Below are positions 18,512 to 26,889 of a DNA stretch of 32,000 nucleotides, one piece after another. A model generated the notes under the pieces. The model saw nothing but the letters and a program-made list of their open reading frames with translations, had not been told where the DNA came from and made no database searches. Both the position numbers and the translations under genes were made by a program. How positions within the stretch are numbered: position 1 is the first letter of the stretch; each line of letters opens with the position of its first letter. The DNA is from Psychrobacter sp. DM4 (lineage in GTDB: Bacteria; Pseudomonadota; Gammaproteobacteria; Pseudomonadales; Moraxellaceae), in assembly GCF_051307035.1 (NCBI RefSeq), contig NZ_CP195536.1, positions 1,950,001 through 1,982,000 of the forward strand, written 5' to 3'.

Positions 18512-19306
18512 ATGACTATTTCTGTTCCTGACACTGACACTGACACTGACACTGACACTGACACTACAAACGATATCACTAGCAGCACTCAAAACGCGGT
18601 TGTATTGCTATCGGGCGGTCTTGATTCAGTGACTTGTTTGTACTGGGCAAAGGCGCGTTATGCCAGTGTCACAGCAGTCAGCTTCAATTACGGTCAGCGC
18701 CATAATAGTGAGCTTGTTGCTGCAAAATCTATTGCTCATGCTGCTAAGATCAGTCATCGTGTTATCGATATCGATATCGCCCAACTTGGCGGCTCCTCGC
18801 TTACCGATCACCGTATGATTGTGCCTGACGGTGATACTGAGTCCCCTGATAAAAAGCATGATGAGATTGATAATGACGCTATTCCGAATACGTATGTGCC
18901 TGCTCGCAATACGATATTTTTATCTTACGCTTTAGCAGTCGCTGAGGTCGCTGACGCTAATCACATCGTCATCGGTGTCAGCTCAGTCGATTATTCAGGA
19001 TATCCCGATTGCCGTCCTGAATATATCGCAGCGTTTGAGACGATGGCTAATCTTGCGACCAAAGCTGGTGTGACAGGTCATCATTTAAGTATTCAAACGC
19101 CTTTGCAACAGCTGTCAAAGGCACAGACAATTGAGCTTGGATTATCGCTTGGCGTCGATTATGCTCAGACTATTTCTTGTTACCGAGCGGATGCCAAGGG
19201 CTTAGCTTGCGGCATTTGTGATAGCTGCACGCTACGTCGTCAAGGCTTCGCTCAAGCAGGCGCGGTTGATCCTACTCATTATCAACCTCACTATAAAAAA
19301 AGGTAG
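18512..19306 (+). CDS. queC: 7-cyano-7-deazaguanine synthase QueC, with an unusual N-terminal extension
   Basis: PP-loop VVLLSGGLDS and a C-terminal Zn-cysteine cluster CYRADAKGLACGICDSCTLR. I take the start at ATG 18512; the ORF track starts at TTG 18476. No in-frame start exists between the repeat and the PP-loop strand. Confidence 0.9.
   Translation: MTISVPDTDTDTDTDTDTTNDITSSTQNAVVLLSGGLDSVTCLYWAKARYASVTAVSFNYGQRHNSELVAAKSIAHAAKISHRVIDIDIAQLGGSSLTDHRMIVPDGDTESPDKKHDEIDNDAIPNTYVPARNTIFLSYALAVAEVADANHIVIGVSSVDYSGYPDCRPEYIAAFETMANLATKAGVTGHHLSIQTPLQQLSKAQTIELGLSLGVDYAQTISCYRADAKGLACGICDSCTLRRQGFAQAGAVDPTHYQPHYKKR
18530..18565 (+). repeat. Hexanucleotide microsatellite (GACACT)x6 encoding (Asp-Thr)x6 within the queC N-terminal extension
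   Basis: Six perfect gacact units read directly from the sequence. Confidence 0.95.
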
Positions 19307-19459
19307 TTTTTAGAATAAATAATAAACAAGAGGCATCAAATTGCGCAGTCTGCATAAAAGCGTAACATTTGATTGCATCATGACAGCACGCCTACGGTTT
19401 TATTAATGATCCATAATTGCTATCTTACAGCTACGTCTGTCATTAATTAAAGGATTATT

Positions 19460-19789
19460 ATGAAGTGGTTATCTATATTGCCCCTAGCTCTAATTGGTTT
19501 TGTCACTATCCCGCAAGCAAATGCTGCAAACATTAAGCAAGAAAATATCAATACTTGTGTCAATGGTGCGGTCAAATATAAAGTCGCTGATAAGAGCACT
19601 GCGACCAAGTTATGTAATTGCACTATTAATGTGCGCAGTAGTATGACTATTGGTCAGATGTGGGAGATAGAGAGTTACGCGATGGATAAAAAAAATCCCT
19701 CAGGACTGCCCTATGTCCAAAAAATGCAACAAGACTTGCAACAGTGCACCGTAGGTTTGGATCTTAAAAAGCCGCAAAAACCTGCATAG
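19460..19789 (+). CDS. hypothetical secreted protein (109 aa, 4 Cys)
   Basis: Sec-type signal peptide MKWLSILPLALIGFVTIPQANA/AN. An AAAGGA Shine-Dalgarno sequence lies upstream and a terminator follows. Confidence 0.65.
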   Translation: MKWLSILPLALIGFVTIPQANAANIKQENINTCVNGAVKYKVADKSTATKLCNCTINVRSSMTIGQMWEIESYAMDKKNPSGLPYVQKMQQDLQQCTVGLDLKKPQKPA

Positions 19790-19819
19790 ATTTATACAAA
19801 ACTTAGGTAAAGATATATA

Positions 19820-19848
19820 AAAGATCAGTAGTTGCTGGTCTTTTTTTG
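19820..19848 (+). terminator. Rho-independent terminator
   Basis: Stem agatcag (19822-19828) / ctggtct (19835-19841, one G-U pair), followed by a T7 run. Confidence 0.7.
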
Positions 19849-19951
19849 TTGTTAGTCGTTGCCAAGAATTGAGTGAAATGTAAAACTAATAAGCTATGCG
19901 CATATATATGACTTCATTTTTCTAGATAAAATCAAACAAGGTACCATTGTC

Positions 19952-20467
19952 ATGGCAAAACCAACTTCAGAGACTATTGCTCTACCTGATTTTCCAGTGG
20001 CGTTAGTACGTAAGCTAGAGGGTCACTTCATTCACGAAGATTTCAGTCTAAAAGAGCTACTAGCCAATACAAATAAGGGTCTGATACTTTATTTTTATCC
20101 TAAAGACAATACTCCTGGTTGTACGGTGCAAGCGACTGAATTTACAAGCCATATCAATACCTTTGATGATTTAGGGTATAGTATTATCGGCGTCTCTCGC
20201 GATAGCATCGACTCTCACAAAAATTTTATTGATAAGCAGGATTTGCATATCTCGCTTATTAGCGATACAGACGAAAAGTTATGCCAATATTTTGAGGTCA
20301 TAAAAGAAAAAAACATGTACGGCAAAAAGATTATGGGATTAGTGCGCTCTACCTTTGTCTTTGACAAGCAAGGCATGCTGACTCACGCACAGCGTAATTT
20401 ACGTGCTAAGGGATATACTGATAGATTGATCGAAGTACTCAGCCCTTCTTCTAACATTGAACCATAA
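19952..20467 (+). CDS. bcp: thioredoxin-dependent thiol peroxidase (peroxiredoxin Bcp/PrxQ family)
   Basis: The motif YFYPKDNTPGCTVQA contains the peroxidatic Cys (codon 20120-20122). Size is 171 aa. Confidence 0.85.
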   Translation: MAKPTSETIALPDFPVALVRKLEGHFIHEDFSLKELLANTNKGLILYFYPKDNTPGCTVQATEFTSHINTFDDLGYSIIGVSRDSIDSHKNFIDKQDLHISLISDTDEKLCQYFEVIKEKNMYGKKIMGLVRSTFVFDKQGMLTHAQRNLRAKGYTDRLIEVLSPSSNIEP

Positions 20468-20514
20468 GAACCAAACGCCAAAATTTTTGATTAAAACAAT
20501 AATCTAGGAATACT

Positions 20515-21996
20515 ATGAATAACGATTCAAACCAAACCAAAAAAGAGATCACTCGCAAAGTGACGGTTGCCGTCATCGGTGCAGGCACAGCAGGTCAAAA
20601 CGCTTTTCGTCAAGCCAACAACACTATCAAGAATACGGTCATTATCAATGATGGTTTTTGGACAACGACCTGCGTCACAGTAGGTTGTATGCCAAGTAAA
20701 CTGCTCATTGCGGCGGCAGATCGTGCTCATGAAGCCAAGTACTCTGAAGAATTTGGTATTCATAGTGACGTGACTATAAACGGGAAGCAAGTCATGGCAC
20801 GCGTTCAAGCGGAGCGTAGCCATTTTGAGAGTTATCTCAAAAAGCAGGTAGATAGCTGGCCTGATGACAAAAAAATATCAGGGCGCGCGCATATCAATAA
20901 AGAGGGTCTAATTGAAGTCAACGATGAGTTGATTCAGGCGGACAAGATTATCGTTGCAACAGGTAGTTCACCGTTTATCCCTGAAGGCTGGGCGGACAAA
21001 CTTGGCAAGACTATGCTCACCTCAGACACGGTATTTGAATTATCGGATTTACCTGATTCAATGGCGGTGATTGGTGCAGGCGCAATAGGGTTAGAGCTTG
21101 CACAATCGTTTGCGCGTCTTGGCGTATCTGTCACGCTATTTAATCAAAACAATCGTGTGGCAGGTCTTAAAGACGAGGATATCAACGCTAAAGCCATCGA
21201 CTGCTTAGGCGGTGAGATGACGATGAACTTGAAAAGTAGCATCGACGAGCTAGGGGCGCAGCACAATGACAATGGTCATCTAGTCGCCTTTATTAACTAC
21301 ACTGACAAAAATGATAACGAGGGCTACTGGCAGGGCGATTATGTACTAGTTGCGACTGGCCGTCGTAACAGTATCGACGAGTTAGGGGTTGAAAATTTGG
21401 GAGTTGAACTCGATGACAAAAACCGTCCAAAGGATTTAGATATTAACACGGGAAAAATAGGTGATCTTGACGTGTATATTGTTGGTGATGCCAACACTCA
21501 TATTCCACTCTTGCACGTATCAAGTGATGAAGGCTTTAGTGCCGGTAGTTCTGTGTGTCCAGATAACTCAGGGGCTTATCTTCGCAAGCCTGCAACCCCT
21601 ATGTCTATCGTATTTTGTGCGCCGCAAATCATTAATGTTGGTATGTCATTACCTGAGATCAAAGAGGAATCTGATCTAGAATTTGTGATTGGTGAAGCCA
21701 GCTTTGATAACCAAGGACGTAGCCGTATTATGGGTGTCAATTGTGGTCTACTCCATATCTATGGTTGTAAAAACACGGACAAAGTACTTGGTGCTAGTAT
21801 GGTAGGGCCAGATGCTGAGTACATCGCTCATATTTTAGCCACAGCAATCACGAACCATATCACGGTAAAACAGCTACTAGATGCGCCTTTTTATCACCCT
21901 ACTATCTTAGAGGGACTACGCTCAGCATTGCGTGATGTTCAGCATAAGATGGATATCCCTTATCAGACTATTGATACCCAAAAAGACAATTCTTAA
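20515..21996 (+). CDS. class I pyridine nucleotide-disulfide oxidoreductase, dihydrolipoyl dehydrogenase-like
   Basis: FAD site VIGAGTAGQNA, redox-active CVTVGC (C-X4-C), NAD(P) site VIGAGAIGLELAQ, and a C-terminal dimerisation motif FYHPTILEG (His...Glu). Confidence 0.8.
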   Translation: MNNDSNQTKKEITRKVTVAVIGAGTAGQNAFRQANNTIKNTVIINDGFWTTTCVTVGCMPSKLLIAAADRAHEAKYSEEFGIHSDVTINGKQVMARVQAERSHFESYLKKQVDSWPDDKKISGRAHINKEGLIEVNDELIQADKIIVATGSSPFIPEGWADKLGKTMLTSDTVFELSDLPDSMAVIGAGAIGLELAQSFARLGVSVTLFNQNNRVAGLKDEDINAKAIDCLGGEMTMNLKSSIDELGAQHNDNGHLVAFINYTDKNDNEGYWQGDYVLVATGRRNSIDELGVENLGVELDDKNRPKDLDINTGKIGDLDVYIVGDANTHIPLLHVSSDEGFSAGSSVCPDNSGAYLRKPATPMSIVFCAPQIINVGMSLPEIKEESDLEFVIGEASFDNQGRSRIMGVNCGLLHIYGCKNTDKVLGASMVGPDAEYIAHILATAITNHITVKQLLDAPFYHPTILEGLRSALRDVQHKMDIPYQTIDTQKDNS

Positions 21997-22114
21997 TCTT
22001 TGTTGATCTAAAAGCTATCAAACATAACGGGCATAAAACCCGCCCCTATGTAGGTTAAAATCGATGATGGGTTGCTGACTGACTAAAGACCAGTAGCTTA
22101 TTATCTAAAGGGGC

Positions 22115-23314
22115 ATGGATAAGATAATGACAATCGCTGGCGTTACTGATTTTTTCAAGGAGATTATGCGTGATCTCTATACCAGCCTGTATTTAGCAAT
22201 TGGCGGCTCGATAGAAGAGGACTCTTTTGACTGGTCGTCCCAAGCGGCTGACTTAGTCAGTACCGGTATCAAAATCCTAATACTGCTTGCGGTATTGGGA
22301 TTTTTTTATTGGTTATTTATTTATCTTATCAAACAAAATAAGGCGCGTATTCGCCTAAGTGATCGCCGTGAAAAAATTATGCGTTCAGTGCTGCGCTATA
22401 TTTGGATCGTAGCCAGTCTGATTGCGATTATGAGTCAGATCAATTTTGAACCTACTACGGTAAAGGCTACGGCCAAGGCTTGTATTTGGGCAGGTATCTA
22501 TTACGTGTTATGGACCTCGTCGGGTCAAATTATTCATAAAGTGTTACAGCATTATGGTCTAAATGCCTCTATTGAGCAGCTTCTTAAAAATATTTTGTCT
22601 GTGATTTTGCTGGTGCTCGGTTTAGCCAGTGTCATGGCGCAATTTGGGTTCGATATTGTCTCACTGGTCGCAGGTTTAGGTATCGTCGGTTTGGCCGTCG
22701 GCTTTGCGGCGCAATCGACGCTTGCCAACTTTATCGCTGGCATTACTATTTTGCTCGAACAGTCTTTTCAGGTTGGTGATTGGATTAATATCAACGACAA
22801 CGAGGGCCGAGTTGTCGTCATCGCTTTGCGAACCACCCATATTTTGACCCGCGACAATATCACCGTTATCATTCCTAATTCCAACATGGCCTCCTCCGAG
22901 GTTACCAATTTGACCTCAAAGAACTTTGTGCGCTTTAATGTCCGTGTACGGATCGCATTTGAAGATGACATCAGCCAAGCACGCGAGCAAATCATTCAAG
23001 TGCTTAGCGATACTGAGGTTGTGCTGTCTCGTCCTGAACCGTCAGCAACTGTGGACGAAGTTGGAGAGTACGGCGTATTCTTTATCGTGCGCTTTTGGGT
23101 CAAGCCCGCCTCTGTCGCCCGTATGCCTAAGATTAAAGAGGACATGCAAGAACATATCAAAAATGCTTTTGATGCCGCTAATATATCGACCCCTTATCCA
23201 CACATGCGTCTGCTCATGCCAAAAGACGTCGACTACCCTATCCCAACCAAGCCTTTTGCGACAACAACGCAGGCGATAGATCCTGATGTCTCATTAACCA
23301 AAGACAGCAAATAA
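22115..23314 (+). CDS. mechanosensitive ion channel family protein (MscS-like)
   Basis: Multi-TM N-terminus followed by the MscS pore and beta-domain signature QSTLANFIAGITILLEQSFQVGDWININD. Confidence 0.85.
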   Translation: MDKIMTIAGVTDFFKEIMRDLYTSLYLAIGGSIEEDSFDWSSQAADLVSTGIKILILLAVLGFFYWLFIYLIKQNKARIRLSDRREKIMRSVLRYIWIVASLIAIMSQINFEPTTVKATAKACIWAGIYYVLWTSSGQIIHKVLQHYGLNASIEQLLKNILSVILLVLGLASVMAQFGFDIVSLVAGLGIVGLAVGFAAQSTLANFIAGITILLEQSFQVGDWININDNEGRVVVIALRTTHILTRDNITVIIPNSNMASSEVTNLTSKNFVRFNVRVRIAFEDDISQAREQIIQVLSDTEVVLSRPEPSATVDEVGEYGVFFIVRFWVKPASVARMPKIKEDMQEHIKNAFDAANISTPYPHMRLLMPKDVDYPIPTKPFATTTQAIDPDVSLTKDSK

Positions 23315-23495
23315 GCTCTAACCTTACCTTTGAAGATTAGAATTATATTTATGAGCCTACGCTAGAAATTGTGTCCTAATATTTATCCTTTTATATCCCA
23401 ATTTGGCGAGTCCTTTAAGCGATAGCCTTTGATGTATGATAAAATCATCGGTTATCTTATTATTCTTTGATCCGCTTTTTTAGCCAGGTATCTGT

Positions 23496-25802
23496 ATGAC
23501 CGAACCAACCGCGCCCGCCTCTATGACAGTATCAGCGTCAGTAACTTCTCCTGATCTATCCTACGACTTTGTTATCACTTGTGCCGATGGGCTTGAGACG
23601 CCGCTACAAACTGAGCTTGATAGTTTCGGTATTGCCAGCGACATCAAAAGTACAGGACGTCTTAGTGTTAACGGTACCTTGCGCGACTTGTACACCATAT
23701 GCCTATGGTCACGTGTGGCATCTAGAGTCTTGATGCTCATCAAGCGTAAAAACCTCAATACCGAATACGATGTAGCAGAACAATTATATAACCTCGCCAA
23801 GTCAGTTAACTGGACGGAGCAATTTAGCCTAGAGCAGACCTTTGCTATTCGTCTGTCTGTCGATAAACGAGTAGCCGTTAGTCAGCAATTTGCAATGCTA
23901 CGAGTCAAAGATGCTATTGCTGATACCTTTAATGAAGCTTTTGAGAGTCGTCCTAACGTCGATAGCAAAAACCCAGATTTTGCGATATTTGCCACTGTTA
24001 ATGACAAGCAAGCTGAGCTGTATTTAGATCTATCTGGTACCAGCTTACACCGCCGTGGCTATCGCGTAGCAATGACGGACGCGCCGCTAAAAGAAAACCT
24101 GGCCGCCGCCCTACTCTATAGCGCCGGCTGGCACCAAAAAAACAGCGATGGTACGCCGTTTTATAATGCTTTGGTTGATCCTATGTGCGGCTCGGGTACT
24201 TTTATTATCGAAGCCCTGCTTATGCACTGTGATTACGCAGTCGGCATCGACAAGGCCGCGAATCAGTTCGGCTTTTATGAGTGGCAGCATCATGATGAGA
24301 CGCTATGGCAATCGATGATAGATGAGGCGCAAACTCGTCATTGCGAGGCGCTAGCTATTGCCCTTGAGCAGCCTGATACTTTGCCGCTTATGTTAGGATT
24401 TGATGCGGACGCGGGCGCAATTATCGCTACCGAAAAAAACCTGATCGCCGCAGGTCTTCAGGATCTGCTGCCACTGCTCGATATCGAGACGCAGGCGCTA
24501 AATAAGCTTAAAAGCACACTACGTCCTATGGCACTAGACGGTCGACTGAATACTCCTTTAATTATCACCAACCCGCCTTATGGCGAGCGCTTAGGTGAAG
24601 AGGATATGATAAGACCGCTGTATCAATCACTAGGACTCATTATTCAAGATAGCTTCGCAGGTAGCAGTATTGATCCTATGCTTGGTATTTTGGCCGCCAA
24701 TGTCGAACAAGTCGATATCTTGCCGATTAAAGAGCCGCAGACCCTACGCTGTCATAATGGTGCGATTACCGTCTACTTCCGCTATGGTAAACTTATCGCA
24801 GCTCAAGCCGTCAATCTGGTCACTCAGTTTGAGAAGCGTCATATTGAGGTGGATGAAGGTCAGGACTTCATCAATCGCTTACAAAAAAATCTGAGTAAAC
24901 TCAAAAAACTGGCTAAAAAAGACAACGTCAGTAACGTGCGTGTCTATGATGCTGATCTACCAGATTTTAAGGTCGCTATCGATATCTACGGTGATTGTGC
25001 GCATGTACAAGAGTACGCGCCGCCCAAAACTATTCCACCAGAGACCGCCAAAAAACGCTTCAATCTAGCGCTAATGGGTATTCGTGAAGTGTTCGATATC
25101 AATCGTGAGCAAGTCTTTATCAAGACCCGCGCCCGCCAATCTGGCAATGATCAATATAGTAAGCAAGCCACTACTGAGAAAAAAGGTAAATTCTATATCG
25201 TACGTGAAGACGACGCCTATTTTTATGTCAACTTTACCGACTACCTTGATACTGGATTGTTTATCGATCACCGTAATATGCGCGCGCGTATCAAAGCCAA
25301 TAGTCGCGGCAAATCAGTGCTAAATCTATTTGCCTATACCTGTACTGCCAGCGTACACGCCGCGCTCGCGGGTGCCAAAAAAGTCACCAGCGTCGATCTA
25401 TCACAAAATTACCTCGATTGGGGTAAGCAAAACTTTGCGCTAAACGGCTTGGGCGTGAGCGGTAATAAATACGCTTTTGTCGCCGCCGATATCTTTGAGT
25501 GGATCAAAGACAACACTGAGCAGTTCGATATTATCTTTATCGACCCGCCAACTTTTTCTAATTCCAAGAAGTTTCAAGGCACCTTTGATGTCCAGCGTGA
25601 TCATGCTGCCCTGATCAATCGCGCGATGAACCGGCTTACCGCAGACGGTGTGCTCTACTTCTCAAACAACTTCACCCGTTTTGAATTGGACGAACAATTA
25701 ATCGAGCGTTATGACATTACTGACGTTACGCATCAAACGATTGGCTTTGATTTTAATATCAAAAAACCTATTCACCAAAGTTTTGAGATACGTCAACGCT
25801 GA
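23496..25802 (+). CDS. rlmL: bifunctional 23S rRNA (guanine2069-N7)/(guanine2445-N2)-methyltransferase RlmKL
   Basis: 768 aa. THUMP-like N-terminus, first MTase motif ITNPPYGERLG, and second MTase domain with NLFAYTCTASVHAA and IFIDPPTFSNSK. Confidence 0.9.
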   Translation: MTEPTAPASMTVSASVTSPDLSYDFVITCADGLETPLQTELDSFGIASDIKSTGRLSVNGTLRDLYTICLWSRVASRVLMLIKRKNLNTEYDVAEQLYNLAKSVNWTEQFSLEQTFAIRLSVDKRVAVSQQFAMLRVKDAIADTFNEAFESRPNVDSKNPDFAIFATVNDKQAELYLDLSGTSLHRRGYRVAMTDAPLKENLAAALLYSAGWHQKNSDGTPFYNALVDPMCGSGTFIIEALLMHCDYAVGIDKAANQFGFYEWQHHDETLWQSMIDEAQTRHCEALAIALEQPDTLPLMLGFDADAGAIIATEKNLIAAGLQDLLPLLDIETQALNKLKSTLRPMALDGRLNTPLIITNPPYGERLGEEDMIRPLYQSLGLIIQDSFAGSSIDPMLGILAANVEQVDILPIKEPQTLRCHNGAITVYFRYGKLIAAQAVNLVTQFEKRHIEVDEGQDFINRLQKNLSKLKKLAKKDNVSNVRVYDADLPDFKVAIDIYGDCAHVQEYAPPKTIPPETAKKRFNLALMGIREVFDINREQVFIKTRARQSGNDQYSKQATTEKKGKFYIVREDDAYFYVNFTDYLDTGLFIDHRNMRARIKANSRGKSVLNLFAYTCTASVHAALAGAKKVTSVDLSQNYLDWGKQNFALNGLGVSGNKYAFVAADIFEWIKDNTEQFDIIFIDPPTFSNSKKFQGTFDVQRDHAALINRAMNRLTADGVLYFSNNFTRFELDEQLIERYDITDVTHQTIGFDFNIKKPIHQSFEIRQR

Positions 25803-25934
25803 TAACCAAAACACCGTCAAATGCGGCTTTGATTAGGACTTTTTTTGTTGTTATGATAGAGCGTTGCTGAATTACGATTGCTTAATTTAATCGACGTCAG
25901 TAAATAAATTTATTCTAATAAAAAGGATGCCATT

Positions 25935-26510
25935 ATGGCTTTATCATTAAATAAAGGCGGTAATCTATCGCTAACCAAAACCGATCCCAACCTAACCAAA
26001 TTACTTATCGGCCTTGGCTGGGATGAGCGTGCGACCTCTGGTGCTGAATTTGATCTTGATGCCAGCGTGTTTTTGCTGAGTACGGCAGGCAAGGTGCGCG
26101 GCGATCATGATTTTATCTTTTACAATCAGCTCAAATCTGATAACGGTGCGGTCGAGCACACTGGTGATAATCGCACAGGTGAAGGCGACGGTGATGATGA
26201 GCTGGTCAAAGTTAATTTGACCCAAGTACCAAGCGACGTCGATAAGATTGTCGTGACGGTAACTATCCATGACGCCGCCGCTCGTAGCCAGAACTTCGGT
26301 CAAGTGGCCAATGCATTTATCCGCGTTGTCAACGAAGAGAGTGGTACTGAAGTGGTACGTTTTGATTTGGCAGAGGATTACTCTGTCGAGACGGCAATGG
26401 TATTTGGTGAAGTGTATCGTCATAACGGCGAATGGAAATTTCGCGCGGTTGGTCAAGGCTATTCAGGCGGCTTGCAAGCGATGTGTCAGCAGTACGGCGT
26501 TGATATCTAA
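25935..26510 (+). CDS. terD: TerD family stress/tellurium-resistance protein (paralog 1)
   Basis: 191 aa, collinear with my memory of plasmid R478 TerD: [44 protein letters not shown] (Ca-binding motif), [16 protein letters not shown]. Confidence 0.92.
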   Translation: MALSLNKGGNLSLTKTDPNLTKLLIGLGWDERATSGAEFDLDASVFLLSTAGKVRGDHDFIFYNQLKSDNGAVEHTGDNRTGEGDGDDELVKVNLTQVPSDVDKIVVTVTIHDAAARSQNFGQVANAFIRVVNEESGTEVVRFDLAEDYSVETAMVFGEVYRHNGEWKFRAVGQGYSGGLQAMCQQYGVDI

Positions 26511-26551
26511 TACCGCTTATCAGTAGCTATCAGATTTAGCTATTAGCTTTT

Positions 26552-26606
26552 ATACGATAGCGAGTGACGGTCTATTTTTTGACCCTACTTGCTATCGTAT
26601 TTTTGT
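26552..26606 (+). terminator. Rho-independent terminator after terD paralog 1
   Basis: 14-bp stem atacgatagcgagt (26552-26565) / acttgctatcgtat (26587-26600, one G-U pair). An inner ggtc/gacc pair extends the helix. It is followed by ttttgtg. Confidence 0.75.
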
Positions 26607-26776
26607 GTAAATGCTTGCATATTTTAGCTTCCAGCGCTTTATTTTTAATTCTTCGCCACCATAAAGCTCTATAGTAAAAGTGATATAGAACGTAGCGTCG
26701 ATATCCCTATTAGTATCGAGCCAAAAACACTATATAATAGCTTACAGTAAACGTAGCGTACTCATTAGCGTTCTTC

Positions 26777-26803
26777 AAGGTGGCTTATCGTAGTCACCTT
26801 TTT
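26777..26803 (+). promoter_or_regulatory. Terminator-like hairpin plus U-run inside the leader of the DUF475 gene (candidate attenuator or riboswitch expression platform)
   Basis: Stem aaggtggc (26777-26784) / gtcacctt (26793-26800, one G-U pair) with an 8-nt loop, then ttttt. It sits about 90 nt upstream of ATG 26890. A second hairpin taaccc/gggtta follows at 26810-26832. Confidence 0.35.
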
Positions 26804-26889
26804 ATGGCGTAACCCTTTTTTTGCAGGGGTTAAGTGACCGCTTAAACTTGACTTTTACACTTGCATTGTACAATCAGACAGGATGTGTC

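Noticed and set aside
26001-26456. 151-aa minus-strand ORF antisense to terD paralog 1, and the 85-aa + ORF 26269..26526
   Set aside because: The TerD frame is unambiguous because it matches the family along its full length. The alternatives have no motifs.
26689-26880. Identification of the DUF475 leader as a bona fide yybP-ykoY Mn2+ riboswitch
   Set aside because: Only GUAGCGUC and a loose UUGAC...CAGACAGG resemblance are present. The GGGGA block is missing and I could not form the closing P1 helix. I keep it only as a hypothesis of some cis-regulatory RNA.
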